Virus record (IMG/VR): IMGVR_UViG_3300028228_000176
Coordinates: 637-64,636 of that record
Strand: one strand, 5' to 3'
Source of the DNA: a virus
Taxonomy: Duplodnaviria; Caudoviricetes
Length of the DNA: 64,000 nucleotides
Made by a program: the position numbers and the translations under genes. This document shows positions 1-12,100 of the stretch, one piece after another (positions within the stretch are counted from its first letter, which is position 1; each line of letters opens with the position of its first letter). The notes below the pieces were generated by a model. That model saw only the letters and a list, made by a program, of their open reading frames with translations, did no database searches and was not told the origin of the DNA.

Positions 1-884
1 AAGCAAAAGAATCGTTATTTAATTTAACAAGAATATATCAGCAAATAGACCACAATGAGTCTATGGCATCAAGCTCATTGGTAACTAAAGGAAACTTTCA
101 GTGGGAGAACGGAATTAAAGACACAAGAGTTATGTTTATGCCACACAAAGATGGTAGATTTCATATTTCTTGGATTCCGCCTTTAGGTATGCAAAATAGA
201 GTTGTACCAAAAAATGGTATACTTTATCCAGGGAATGAACACCTTGGGGCTTTCGGTTGTGATAGTTATGACATATCAGGAACAGTGGACAAAAGGGGTT
301 CTAATGGTTCTCTTCATGGTTTGACAAAGTTTAGTATGGAGGACGCTCCTGCAAATCATTTCTTTTTGGAATATATTGCAAGACCTCAAACAGCAGAGAT
401 ATTTTTTGAGGATGTATTAATGGCTTGCGTGTTTTACGGTATGCCAATACTTGCAGAGAATAACAAACCAAGACTTCTGTATCATTTTAAAAGAAGAGGT
501 TATAGAGGGTTTTCTATGAATAGACCAGATAAGATATACAACAAGTTGTCAATAACGGAAAGAGATATTGGAGGAGTTCCTAACTCTAGCCAAGATATGA
601 TACAATCTCACGCTGCCGCAATAGAAACATATATAGAGGAACTTGTTGGAGTTTTAGGTGATGATGAGATGGGAGATGTTTACTTCCAAAGAACATTAGA
701 AGACTGGGCTAGATTTAATATAAACAATAGAACGAAGCACGATGCGTCTATTAGTTCAGGCCTTGCAATTATGGCCTGCAACAAAAATAGATACGCACCT
801 GTAAATAAGGTGGTAAGACAGAATATAAATTTAGGGTTGAAGAGATACGACAACTCTGGAAAGTTTTCAAAAATAATAAAGTAA
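1..884 (+). CDS. terL: Terminase large subunit, C-terminal nuclease part (gene continues from the window end)
   Basis: Frame is open from the window start. RNase H-like terminase motifs GCDSYD, ENNKP and HDASISSGLA. Lies directly upstream of the portal. Confidence 0.85.
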   Translation, partial: AKESLFNLTRIYQQIDHNESMASSSLVTKGNFQWENGIKDTRVMFMPHKDGRFHISWIPPLGMQNRVVPKNGILYPGNEHLGAFGCDSYDISGTVDKRGSNGSLHGLTKFSMEDAPANHFFLEYIARPQTAEIFFEDVLMACVFYGMPILAENNKPRLLYHFKRRGYRGFSMNRPDKIYNKLSITERDIGGVPNSSQDMIQSHAAAIETYIEELVGVLGDDEMGDVYFQRTLEDWARFNINNRTKHDASISSGLAIMACNKNRYAPVNKVVRQNINLGLKRYDNSGKFSKIIK

Positions 885-3290
885 ATGAACGTAGGCGCAA
901 ATCCAAACAGTGTATTTCCTAGCCAAGTGGTTAGTGACACAGAAAAATCAAGCTACGAGTACGGTGTACAAGTTGGCAGGGCTATCGAGGCTGAGTGGTT
1001 CCAACAAGGAGGTAGCGGTAATAGATTTGCAACCAATCACAATAGCTTTCACACACTTAGACTTTATGCAAGAGGTGAGCAGCCAGTGCAGAAATACAAA
1101 GATGAATTAGCTATTAATGGAGATTTATCTTATTTAAATTTGGATTGGAAACCAGTACCCGTTATATCTAAGTTTGTAGATATAGTATCAAATGGTATTA
1201 CAGAAAAAGAATACGAAATAAAAGCTTACGCACAAGACCCTAAAGCATTAAAAGAAAGAACGGACTACGCAATGAGTCTAATGGAGGACATGGTTGCTAA
1301 GGAAGAGATGATGCAGCTAGAGGCAGCTATTGGAGTAAATGGATTTAATACTGACAATCCTCAAGACTTACCTCAAGATGAAAAAGAGCTTTCTTTACAT
1401 ATGCAACTTGACTATAAGCAATCAATCGAAATAGCAGAAGAAGAGGCTATTAACCAAGTGCTTGCAAAGAATAAGTTTACAGAAATAAGAAAAAGATTTA
1501 ATTACGATTTAACCGTATTAGGTATTGGTTCAGTAAAAACAACTTGGAATAAAGCAGAGGGAGTTGTGACAGAATATTGTGACCCAGCAAGAATGGTGTA
1601 TTCTTACACCGACGACCCTAACTTTGAAGATATATACTATGTTGGAGAAGTAAAAGCTGTTTCTATTCCAGAATTGAAAAAGCAATTTCCCAATATAACA
1701 ACAGAGGAATTAAAGAAAATAGAAGAAATGCCTGGCAATCGGGAAAACATCACTGGTTGGAATGGCTACGATAAAAATACAGTTCAAGTTTTATATTTTG
1801 AATACAAGACTTACAACAATCAAGTTTGGAAAATTAAAGAAGGAGTTAATGGCTTAGAAAAGGCTTTGCAAAAAAGCGATGAATTTAATCCACCAGAAAA
1901 CGATACATTTAAAAAGGTATCAAGAACGATAGAGGTTTTGTATAGTGGGGCAAAAATACTAGGTAACAATCAAATGTTACAATGGGAGCTTGGAAAAAAT
2001 ATGACAAGACCTTTTGCCGATACCACTAAGGTAGAAATGAATTATGTTATTTGTGCACCTAGAATGTACAATGGTAAGATTGATTCTATTGTAAATAAGA
2101 TTACAGGATTTGCTGATATGATTCAGCTAACGCACCTTAAATTACAACAAGTAATGTCAAGAATGGTTCCTGACGGTGTGTTTTTAGATGTTGACGGACT
2201 AGCGGAAGTTGACCTAGGTAATGGAACGAGTTATAACCCAGCAGAAGCATTAAATATGTATTTCCAAACGGGTAGTGTTCTTGGTCGTTCTTTGACACAA
2301 GACGGGGACATTAACAGAGGTAAAGTTCCAATTCAAGAGTTATCTACATCAAGCGGTGGGGCCAAAATTGCCTCCTTGATTCAGACGTATCAGTACTACT
2401 TACAAATGATAAGAGACGTTACGGGACTTAACGAAGCTAGGGATGGGTCTACTCCATCTAAAGATGCACTCGTAGGACTTCAAAAGATGGCCGCTAATCA
2501 ATCTAATGTAGCAACTCGACACATACTTCAAGCTAGTTGTTATTTATCTCTTAGGGCTTGCGAAAACATCTCAAGAAGAATTGCTGATTCATTAGAGTTT
2601 GCTTTGACTGCAAATTCATTAAAGAGTAGTATTAGTGAATACAACGTTGCAACATTAAATGAGATTAAAGACTTAAGCCTTCACGATTTTGGTATCTTCT
2701 TGGAGTTAGAGCCTGATGATGAAATAAAGGCTCAGTTAGAGCAAAACATTCAAGTAGCTCTGCAAACTGGAGGGATTGATTTAGAGGACGCAATTGATAT
2801 TAGGCAAATTAAGAATCTTCAATTAGCAAATGAAATGCTAAAAAATAGAAGAAAGAAAAAGCAAATAGCAGAGCAAAAAGCGCAACAAGAAAATATGCAA
2901 GCGCAAGCAAACGCAAATGCAGAAGCTTCAGAAAGAGCTGCTATGGCAGAAGTTCAAAAGCAACAAGCACTTACTTCTGAAAAAGTTAGTATAGAGCAGT
3001 CTAAATCTCAATTTGAAATAGAGAGAATGCAAATGGAGGCTGAGATTAAAAGAGGGTTAATGGCTGAAGAGTTTAAATACCAAATGCAGTTAGCTCAAGC
3101 TAGAATAAAATCAGAGGCAGATAGAGAACGTCAAAACGAAGATAGAAAAGATAACAGAACAAAAATAGCTGGAACTCAACAATCGGAAATGATTGACCAA
3201 AGAGCAAATAATTTATTACCAAAGAACTTTGAGTCTAAAGGTAACGACAACTTAGAAGGGTTTGGAACAGAACAGTTCGGCCCAAGATAA
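885..3290 (+). CDS. Portal protein
   Basis: 801 aa, follows TerL. Contains LDWKPVPVISKFVDIV and DVTGLNEARDGS motifs and a Q/E-rich coiled-coil C-terminus typical of podoviral portals. Confidence 0.8.
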   Translation: MNVGANPNSVFPSQVVSDTEKSSYEYGVQVGRAIEAEWFQQGGSGNRFATNHNSFHTLRLYARGEQPVQKYKDELAINGDLSYLNLDWKPVPVISKFVDIVSNGITEKEYEIKAYAQDPKALKERTDYAMSLMEDMVAKEEMMQLEAAIGVNGFNTDNPQDLPQDEKELSLHMQLDYKQSIEIAEEEAINQVLAKNKFTEIRKRFNYDLTVLGIGSVKTTWNKAEGVVTEYCDPARMVYSYTDDPNFEDIYYVGEVKAVSIPELKKQFPNITTEELKKIEEMPGNRENITGWNGYDKNTVQVLYFEYKTYNNQVWKIKEGVNGLEKALQKSDEFNPPENDTFKKVSRTIEVLYSGAKILGNNQMLQWELGKNMTRPFADTTKVEMNYVICAPRMYNGKIDSIVNKITGFADMIQLTHLKLQQVMSRMVPDGVFLDVDGLAEVDLGNGTSYNPAEALNMYFQTGSVLGRSLTQDGDINRGKVPIQELSTSSGGAKIASLIQTYQYYLQMIRDVTGLNEARDGSTPSKDALVGLQKMAANQSNVATRHILQASCYLSLRACENISRRIADSLEFALTANSLKSSISEYNVATLNEIKDLSLHDFGIFLELEPDDEIKAQLEQNIQVALQTGGIDLEDAIDIRQIKNLQLANEMLKNRRKKKQIAEQKAQQENMQAQANANAEASERAAMAEVQKQQALTSEKVSIEQSKSQFEIERMQMEAEIKRGLMAEEFKYQMQLAQARIKSEADRERQNEDRKDNRTKIAGTQQSEMIDQRANNLLPKNFESKGNDNLEGFGTEQFGPR

Positions 3291-3318
3291 TTTTTTTTAA
3301 TTTATATTATATTATATT

Positions 3319-4482
3319 ATGTCAGAAGAAGCAACAAAAGAAGAAGGTAGTTTCAAAATAAAGAAAAAGCCTACAATGAAGAAGTTAGGGAAACCAAACG
3401 AAGTAACAAAAATCAATTTACCAAGCAAACCTCCAGTAGTGGAAACAGAAGCGACAAAGGTTGTAATACCTTCAGTGAAGGTTGAGGATAAAAAACCAGA
3501 TGCAGTCGAATCGGAGGCTATTGTTGAAGATAAAAAAGAAGAAATAGTAGAAGAAGAGCAATTTACTCAAATTCAAGAAATAACAGAAGATGAGGAAGAG
3601 GAAGTAAAAAAGGTTTCTCAAGAAATCAAAGAAGCTATAAGAGACGAACGTGTTTCTGGAAAGCCATTGCCTGAGAATGTTGAGAAGCTAATTTCTTTTA
3701 TGGAAGAAGTAGGTGGAACTGTGGAAGATTATGTAAGATTAAATGCAGACTACTCTAAGGTTGATAACAACACTCTATTAAAAGAGTATTATAAAAAGAA
3801 AAAACCTCATTTAGATGAGGAGGAAATAAATTTCCTTTTAGATGATAACTTTTCGTTTGACGAAGATTTAGATGAAGAAAGAGAAGTGCGCAAGAAAAAA
3901 CTTGCGTTCAAAGAAGAGGTTGCAGAAGCAAAGAGTTTTTTAGAAGACTTAAAGGGTAGATATTACGATGAGATTAAGTTAAGACCAGGCGTATCCCAAG
4001 AGCAGAAAAAAGCGACAGACTTTTTCAACCGACACAATGAAGAGCAAAACTTATCAAAGCAGCGAAAAGACAGGTTTAAAAAAGCCACGTCTGAACTTTT
4101 AAACGATAATTTCAAAGGTTTTGAATATAACATCGGAGAAAAGAAATTCAGATATGGCGTTAACAACCCAACTAAAATTGCAGAGCAACAGTCAGATATG
4201 TCTAACTTTATTGGGAAGTTTCTCAATGACAAAGGAGAGGTGTCAGACCAACAAGGCTATCACAAGGCAATGTACGCTGCGGAGAATATGGACAAGATTG
4301 CAAGTCATTTTTACGAACAAGGTAAAGCAGATGCAGTTAAGGATGTTGTAAATAGTTCAAAGAACATATCAGACACCCCAAGACAAACATCAAGCGACAG
4401 TGTTTTCATTAATGGGCTTAAAGTTAAATCTGTAAACGGTATGGATTCTTCAAAATTAAAAATTAAAAAATCACGATTTTAA
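3319..4482 (+). CDS. Putative capsid scaffolding protein
   Basis: Acidic, E/K-rich helical protein located between portal and capsid. Confidence 0.6.
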   Translation: MSEEATKEEGSFKIKKKPTMKKLGKPNEVTKINLPSKPPVVETEATKVVIPSVKVEDKKPDAVESEAIVEDKKEEIVEEEQFTQIQEITEDEEEEVKKVSQEIKEAIRDERVSGKPLPENVEKLISFMEEVGGTVEDYVRLNADYSKVDNNTLLKEYYKKKKPHLDEEEINFLLDDNFSFDEDLDEEREVRKKKLAFKEEVAEAKSFLEDLKGRYYDEIKLRPGVSQEQKKATDFFNRHNEEQNLSKQRKDRFKKATSELLNDNFKGFEYNIGEKKFRYGVNNPTKIAEQQSDMSNFIGKFLNDKGEVSDQQGYHKAMYAAENMDKIASHFYEQGKADAVKDVVNSSKNISDTPRQTSSDSVFINGLKVKSVNGMDSSKLKIKKSRF

Positions 4483-4502
4483 CAATTAACAAAAACAAAA
4501 AA

Positions 4503-5978
4503 ATGGGACAATTCGGAACGGGCGACCCGCTAGGCGCTTTTAGCCTACAGCCAATGCCAACGAAAACAACGTTGACAGAAAATTATTTAAACTTTGCTGA
4601 TGGAAGCGGAAACGACTTTGCACAGCAGTATTTACCAGAGCTTTACGAAGCTGAGGTAGAGCGATACGGAAACAGAACTTTATCTGGATTTCTAAGAATG
4701 GTTGGTGCTGAGATGCCAATGACATCTGACCAAGTAGTTTGGTCTGAGCAAAATAGGTTGCACATTGGATACGAAGATGGTGCTGGAAATCTTTCTGTAG
4801 ATTTGACTGGAGCAGCTACTGCTGGTGGTTCAACAATCACATTAGGTTCTGACCACCTCATGTCTATTAGAGTAGGTAACACAATCGTTGTTGCGGATGC
4901 CGCTACTGGACTTGTAACTTTAAAATGTTACGTTTCTGCAATAAATCAAGCAGCTAGGTCTTTTACAGTATTATCTTACACCACTGCTGATTTAACTAGC
5001 ATTGGAAACGTTGCTGTAAACTTATTTGTTTATGGTTCAGAGTTTGGTAAAGGTACTGCTGGTATGGTAGGTTCTTTAGAAGCTTCTTTTACTCAGTACA
5101 ACAACAAGCCAATTATTATCAAAGACACTTATGAAGTTAGTGGTTCTGATGCATCTCAAATTGGTTGGGTTGAAGTTGCTACTGAAGATGGAGCAAGTGG
5201 ATACTTATGGTATTTGAAGTCTGAAGGAGAAACAAGATTACGTTTCCAAGACTATTTAGAGATGGCTTCTGTTGAAGGAGAAACTGCAACTGCTGCATCT
5301 GGAGTTGTTGTAAACACTGCTTTAGGTACTGGCATTACAACTGCTGGAACTCAAGGTTTGTTTTCTGCTATTACGGAAAGAGGTAATGTATACCAAAACT
5401 ACGCAAACGGGACTGGAACTGGCGGTGCTGGAAACAGAAGTGCTTTAGCTGATTTTGATTTTATTTTACAAAATCTTGACAAGCAAGGAGCAATTGAAGA
5501 GAATATGTTGTTTTTAGATAGAGCTACATCTTTAGACTTTGATGATATGTTGGCTGCTCAGAACTCTTATGGTGCTGGTGGTACTTCTTATGGAGTCTTT
5601 GAAAACTCTGCTGAAATGGCATTGAACTTAGGTTTTGATGGATTTAGAAGAGGCTCTTACGATTTCTACAAGACTGATTGGAAATATTTAAATGATGCCA
5701 CTACTAGAGGTATGATTGACAATATCAAAGGTGTTATGGTTCCTGCTGGAACAAGTACAGTTTACGACCAGCAATTAGGTACTAACATTAGACGACCATT
5801 CTTACACGTCCGATACAGAGCTTCTGAAGCTGATGACAGACGAATGAAGTCTTGGATTACTGGCTCTGTTGGAGGTGCTCAAACTTCTACTTTTGACAAA
5901 ATGGAAGTTAGCTTCTTGTCTGAGAGATGTTTAGTTACTCAAGCTGCTAATAACTTCGTGTTGTTTACGGCTGCATAG
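4503..5978 (+). CDS. Major capsid protein
   Basis: 491 aa, follows the scaffold. Biased codon usage and a downstream terminator. Resembles capsids of Bacteroidota podoviruses. Confidence 0.75.
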   Translation: MGQFGTGDPLGAFSLQPMPTKTTLTENYLNFADGSGNDFAQQYLPELYEAEVERYGNRTLSGFLRMVGAEMPMTSDQVVWSEQNRLHIGYEDGAGNLSVDLTGAATAGGSTITLGSDHLMSIRVGNTIVVADAATGLVTLKCYVSAINQAARSFTVLSYTTADLTSIGNVAVNLFVYGSEFGKGTAGMVGSLEASFTQYNNKPIIIKDTYEVSGSDASQIGWVEVATEDGASGYLWYLKSEGETRLRFQDYLEMASVEGETATAASGVVVNTALGTGITTAGTQGLFSAITERGNVYQNYANGTGTGGAGNRSALADFDFILQNLDKQGAIEENMLFLDRATSLDFDDMLAAQNSYGAGGTSYGVFENSAEMALNLGFDGFRRGSYDFYKTDWKYLNDATTRGMIDNIKGVMVPAGTSTVYDQQLGTNIRRPFLHVRYRASEADDRRMKSWITGSVGGAQTSTFDKMEVSFLSERCLVTQAANNFVLFTAA

Positions 5979-5994
5979 TATCAATTATTGTGAT

Positions 5995-6024
5995 AATTAC
6001 CCTCGTTATTCAGACGGGGGTAGT
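5995..6024 (+). terminator. Intrinsic terminator after the capsid gene
   Basis: Hairpin attaccctcgt/acgggggtagt followed by a T-rich tract. Confidence 0.55.
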
Positions 6025-6065
6025 TGTTACTCTTATTATTTATTTTATTTTATTTTATATTTATT

Positions 6066-6827
6066 ATGGCAACAAAAGAAAAAACAAAAGAAACTTGGGA
6101 AGTTAAAGATAGAAGATATTTTCTAGCTAACGGCAACACCCCATTAACAATGACACTAGCAAGCAAGCATTCAAATTTGCATCCGCTAATGTATTTTGAT
6201 GAAGAAAGACTTGAAGAAAGAGAGCTTAGATATGCTACGAATCAAACATCTCCGTTTGTTGATGAGCAGAAAGGCCCAGTAACAATAGCGCACATCGTGT
6301 TTAAAGATGGTGTTCTAATGGTTCCTAAGACAAAACAGTCTTTACAGAAGTTATTATCGTTATATCATCCACAAAGAAATATAACATTTAAAGAGATTGA
6401 CCAAGTTAAGGATGCAGTTGACCAATTGGATTTGATTAACTTAGAAAGAGAGGCTTTAAATTTAGCTCACGAATTAGATTTAGACCACGCAGAAGCAATC
6501 TTGAGAACAGAAATTGGAAGTGTTGTAGCTACAATGACAAGCAAGGAACTTAAAAGAGATTTGATGTTATTGGCTAAAAACAATCCAGCTTTATTTATTA
6601 GTTTAGCGCACGATGAAAATGTAGAACTTAGAAGTTTTGGTATTAAAGCTGCTGAAAACAACATCATTAAGTTGTCGCAAGACCAAAAAACAATATCTTG
6701 GGCTGCTAATGGAAAGAAACTTATGACAGTTCCTTTTGACGAGCATCCATATTCAGCATTAGCAAGTTGGTTTAAGACTGACGAAGGTATGCTGGCATAC
6801 AAAAGTATAGAGAAAAAATTCTCTTAA
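6066..6827 (+). CDS. Conserved phage protein in the head module (probable start MATKEK)
   Basis: ATG at 6066 follows an AT-rich leader; lies in structural synteny. Confidence 0.6.
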   Translation: MATKEKTKETWEVKDRRYFLANGNTPLTMTLASKHSNLHPLMYFDEERLEERELRYATNQTSPFVDEQKGPVTIAHIVFKDGVLMVPKTKQSLQKLLSLYHPQRNITFKEIDQVKDAVDQLDLINLEREALNLAHELDLDHAEAILRTEIGSVVATMTSKELKRDLMLLAKNNPALFISLAHDENVELRSFGIKAAENNIIKLSQDQKTISWAANGKKLMTVPFDEHPYSALASWFKTDEGMLAYKSIEKKFS

Positions 6828-6901
6828 CAAGTAACTATATTTATGAGGGGGTAAGTCAGTAATAATCTGACCTACTCCCTATAAATAAAATAAAAATTAC
6901 T

Positions 6902-7977
6902 ATGGCAATAAATATAGATACGGCTTATAAAACCGTACTGTTAATACTTAACAAAGAGGAAAGGGGTTATGTTACTCCAGACGAGTTTAATAAAATTGCT
7001 AATCAAGTTCAACTAGAAATATTTGAACAGTATAGTGATGACTTAAACCAGCAACTAAGAGTTCCTCAGTCAGATACTGACTATGCCAATAGAATTGAAA
7101 ACATTGACGAAAAACTTTCTATATTAAAATCATTTTCAACAACAAACTACAACGCTAACGACCCTAACGATATTCATTTTGAATTAAAGAATAACGTAAG
7201 CGTTTCTCTACCAATTTACAGATTAGGGACTGTAACATACAAAGAAGAAGTCGAACTACAAAGGCTTCAAAGAATGGAATTTTATAACATACAAAGGTCT
7301 CCATTAACAAAATCCACAGAATCTTTTCCAACATACTTACTTGAGAACAACAAACTCTACGTTAAACCTAATAGCATAACTACGTCTATTGGTGTAAGTT
7401 ATTTAAGAATACCAACTCAACCAAGATGGGGATACTCGATTGGTACGGTAGGTCAATTGCAATACGATGCAAGTGTTTATAGCCCAACTTCTTTAAATGT
7501 CGGTAATGGGACTTTAACGGACGGAATTGGGTATGCTGTAACTGAAGATGCATGGACTGATGGAACTTATACTGGTGATGTAGATAAGGTACTTAATCCA
7601 ACAAATCCTTGGACATCTAACTCAGCTCAAGGTTCTGGATTAGAAATGTCTTTAACAATTCTAGGTGGAATACCAATTTCCGCAAGCGTTATAAAAGCAG
7701 GGGAAAATTATTTGTCAGGAGACGTAATAACTATTGATAGCACAGCGTTTCAGACCTCTATTAACATTAATTTAAATGTAACCGTAACTCTTCAAGATGT
7801 TATGTTTAATGCCAATAGCACTTATGGCTCAACAGCTATGGAGCTTGATGTAACAGAGCAAACTAGTTTTGTCATTAAAACATTATTCTATTTTTGGAGT
7901 TGTGGTAAAAGACCCTCAAATTATACAAGTTGCAGCAAGACAAATTCTACAAGAAGAAAATAACAAAAAAGCTAATA
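6902..7977 (+). CDS. Virion structural protein, head-tail adaptor-like; C-terminus apparently frameshifted
   Basis: 353-aa ORF. The out-of-frame continuation GVVVKDPQIIQVAA suggests an indel in the T-run near 7891. Confidence 0.55.
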
Positions 7978-7981
7978 AGAT

Positions 7982-9142
7982 ATGCCAAATCCAAACGGAG
8001 GTTTAATAACCGAGAACAACGCCCAATACTACTCTGGACAACAAGGGTTTTTAGGAGATGGTGTAACAAAATCTTTTTCGTGTAGCTTTAATACAGATTT
8101 AGTTAGTGCCATATCTGGTGCTGTTAATTCTAATTTTTCAGTGAAAGTAAATGCAGTCACTGTAACTTCTTACACAATGAGTGGGAATATCGTAACATTT
8201 ACGACTGCTCCAATAGCAAACTCAACCGTATTAGTTACTTTAAACTCTGACGCTCTTATGTCAAACTACGGAGGCTATCAGTACATTAGCCTTGTAGATG
8301 TCATAAATAACTTTATAGTGGCTTACGTCGGTGCTGGTAAGCTAATACCTAGTGTAAAAAGAACAGATGTTATCTTTCATGCAAAAAGAGGTATGCAAGA
8401 GTTTAGCTACGATACTTTAAGGAGTGTGAAATCTCAAGAACTTAATATATCGCCAAGCCTTACTGCAATTATTCCACAAGATTATGTAAATTATATTAGA
8501 GTATTGTCAATAGATAGTCTAGGTGTTAAAAGAATAATTTACCCAAATAACAATTTAACAATAAATCCTAACGAAGTTAATATACAAGATATTGATGGAG
8601 TTCCAATCCAAGGTGGTTTTGGAGAAAATATTGAAAGCGCTCCTGCAAGAACTGTAGATAGATGGAGAGGCGCTGACACATCAAAGATAACTGGTGGTTA
8701 TACAACTGACCAATTAAACGATGGAGTAGACTCTTTTGAAAATGGATTTGACTCTGGATATTGGGGCGGAATTGATGGACAAAGATACGGACTTGAGCCA
8801 CAATATACACAAGTAAATGGATTTTTTGGTATAGATGATAGGAGAGGTGTGTTTACATTCTCTAGTAACTTGAAAGGTCGCTTAGTAGTCATTGAGTACA
8901 TCTCAGACGGGCTATCTTACGATTTGGACACAAGAGTGCCAAAGATGATAGAAGAGGCTATGTACGCTCACATAATCCACGCTATACTTTCAGGTAGAAT
9001 AAACCAACCAGAGTATGTTGTAAATAGATTAAAAAAAGAAAGAAGCGCAAAACTTAGGAATGCTAAGATAAGATTATCTAACATAAAAATTGAGGAGATA
9101 ACTCAAGTTATGAGAGGAAAATCTAAATGGATAAAATCGTAA
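7982..9142 (+). CDS. Virion structural protein (tail/adaptor)
   Basis: 386 aa within the structural operon. Confidence 0.55.
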   Translation: MPNPNGGLITENNAQYYSGQQGFLGDGVTKSFSCSFNTDLVSAISGAVNSNFSVKVNAVTVTSYTMSGNIVTFTTAPIANSTVLVTLNSDALMSNYGGYQYISLVDVINNFIVAYVGAGKLIPSVKRTDVIFHAKRGMQEFSYDTLRSVKSQELNISPSLTAIIPQDYVNYIRVLSIDSLGVKRIIYPNNNLTINPNEVNIQDIDGVPIQGGFGENIESAPARTVDRWRGADTSKITGGYTTDQLNDGVDSFENGFDSGYWGGIDGQRYGLEPQYTQVNGFFGIDDRRGVFTFSSNLKGRLVVIEYISDGLSYDLDTRVPKMIEEAMYAHIIHAILSGRINQPEYVVNRLKKERSAKLRNAKIRLSNIKIEEITQVMRGKSKWIKS

Positions 9143-9145
9143 AAT

Positions 9146-12100
9146 ATGGCTGAGGTTAAAAATATTTTTGTGGGGGCTAAGATGAACAAAGACCTTAACC
9201 CAAGACTTATATCAAATAACGAATACATAGATGCAAGAAATGCTTCTATAATTAACTCGGAAGGTAGCGATTCTGGAATGGTTCAAAACGTTAGTGGTAA
9301 CGCATTGCTTACAGATTTTAAATTAACTGGAGTGAACTTAGAAATAATTGGATTTTATGCAGACACTATGAATAATAGATTGTTTGCTTTTATTACCGAT
9401 TGGAACGACAGCTCCCCTAACAATATGTCAAACTTTGCAGCACCTCAGTCTCATCACTACATTTGTATGTACGATGTTCAGACTGAAACAGGTACTACTT
9501 TAGTTTCGGGAAACTTTTTAAACTTTTCTAAAACTCACGCAGTATTAGGTATAGATTTAATTGAGGAGCTTTTATTTTTTACCGACAATAGAAATCAACC
9601 TAGAAAGATAAATGTAGAAACAGCTACATCTAATAAGGATTATTACTCCGAAGAGTCAGATATTTCTGTTGCTAAATATTACCCTTGGAAAGCACCTAGG
9701 TTATCTAAAAACAATTCTTTAGGCAAGCTTCAACCTAATTCCCTACTACAGCAAGATGTTATTTTAGAAGACACTTTTGGTGGAACAAGTCCTTACATTA
9801 TAGAAACTTCTCAATACACAGTTAGCCCTGCTGGTGGCTCAAACGCTACATTTAAAGTTTACACTTCGGAAGGTTGGGTTACAAAAGTAGAAGTTGTTGA
9901 TGCAGGAAGCGGATATAGCGAAGGGGATGTAATTTCTATTGACCCAGTTAATGGTCTTAGCCCCCAAGAAAACCCATTATTGTGTACGTTAACGGCAGAT
10001 AATTTTCAAAAGGAATCTACAATGTTAGATGTAACTTCTGAAAACTTGCCTTTGACTCAAACCTTGCTCGTTTCTAACGATTCTGCTGCTTCTCTAACTC
10101 AGTTTAGTACACTAACTGCTGTCAACTCTAATTGGGTTGGGACTATACTTACTGTTAAAAGCACAGATGGCGTTTCTCAAATAACTTCAGATAGGAAAAT
10201 AAAAGTAACTGCCGTTGGCTCAACTAGCCCTTATTTAATTACGCACACAGAAGTATCTACTCCAATTGTAGAATCAGATATCGTAACTCTTGGTGCTAAT
10301 CCTAACTACAATTCATCGTTTATAGGAGATACAAATTTTTTATCAGATAAGTTTGTAAGATTTAGTTATAGGTTTAAATATGACGACAACGAATACTCTT
10401 TAACTGCACCATTTACTCAGATAGCTTTTATCCCAAAACAAGATGGATATTTTTTAGAGGACAAAGTTCCTACTAACATTAACGATGATGATGCTAACTC
10501 TGATGAGAATAACGCTGTTAAAAGCACAATTATAAATTTCTTTGAAAACAAAGTAAACCAAGCTGAAATAATAATTCCAATGCCAGAAGGCGTTTCCTCA
10601 GTCAACGAATTGCAATCAAAATTAAAGGTTTCCGAGATAGAGGTGTTGTACAAGGAATCCGATAAAGTAGCAATACAATCATTAGGGTTTATTTCAAGTT
10701 CTGATTTAGAAGCAGAAACTGGTTCTGAGTATGTATACAGATATTCTTCTCAATCTCCAATTAAAACGTTACCAGAAAAAGAGACAACAAGGACTTCGGA
10801 TAAAGTTCCAATAAGGGCTAAGGCTCAAGAAATCACTGGCAATAGAGTTATATATGGAAACTACTTAGTAAGAACTACTAGACCTCCTGAATTATCTTAC
10901 ACTTCGTTTATTAGTGAGAAATCACAACAAGGACAGTTAAACTCTGTAAATGAAATAGAATATCCTAATCACGTTTTAAAACAAAACAGGTCTTATAGAA
11001 CTGGGATTGTATTGGTTGATAAATTTGGAAGACAATCAGACGTAATAACATCGAAAAACTCTACGGTGTATTGCCCTTACAACGAAGCTACTGGTAGCTT
11101 TATAAGAGACGAGGATGTTTATAGAGGTAGTTCTTTAAAAATCTTATTTAATAGCAGAATACCTTCTGAGTTAGATATTCCAGGATATGCAGGATTGTAT
11201 AGCGAAACAAACCCTAACGGTTGGTATAGTTATAAAGTTGTTGTTCAACAAAAAGAACAAGACTACTACAATGTTTTTTTACCAACAGCTTTAAATAACT
11301 ATCCTAAGTATACTCCTACTGGAGCTGGAGTGGTATCTCAAAGCACTGCTTTTATAACTTTGTTTTCGGACAACGTAAATAAAGTTCCTAGAGATTTAAA
11401 AGAAGTTGGTGCTCAAGATTTGCAGTTTTCAAGTTCCGCTAACTTATATGGTAGGGTATTTAACACAACATTTGAGGATGATACCCCAACAAATTCTCAA
11501 TTTATTCCTAGCACTACTCCAGACAAGGTTGTATCAATAGGCCTAAGGGACGAAATTGGAATGAATCGAGATGCGGATGGAGTATTCTACGCAACGTCTC
11601 CTTTTTATAGTATCCCTAGTGTATTTCGAGAGACTCCAGAAGAAGCGGATACTAATAATACTGGAAGCAATCCTTATATTGCAAAAGTTGCTACTAAAAA
11701 AGCTATTGGTTCTGTTGGTGGAAACTTACATACAATTACAGCGTCTAAGGAGCAAGTTACGTTTAAAAATGTAAGGCTTAATGTATACGAAACAGAACCT
11801 TTTAATTCTAACTTAGATATATTCTACGAAACAAGTACTTCTGGATTAATTTCGGAGTTAAACGACCAGATAAATATAGGTACTGGAGATTCAGTTCCTT
11901 TTGCAATTAGCGGTTGGTCTTTTAGTTTGAGTGAATCAGATGAGCCTGAGTCTTATGTTACGACTGCACCATTTGACATATTAAATGCTCAAGGACAATC
12001 TTTGACTTTGCAAATAGCTGGTCTACCTGAACCTAATATTACTGCAAGGATACTTTCAGTAAAAACAAGGGATGGTCAAAATATTATTCAATCAGGTAGC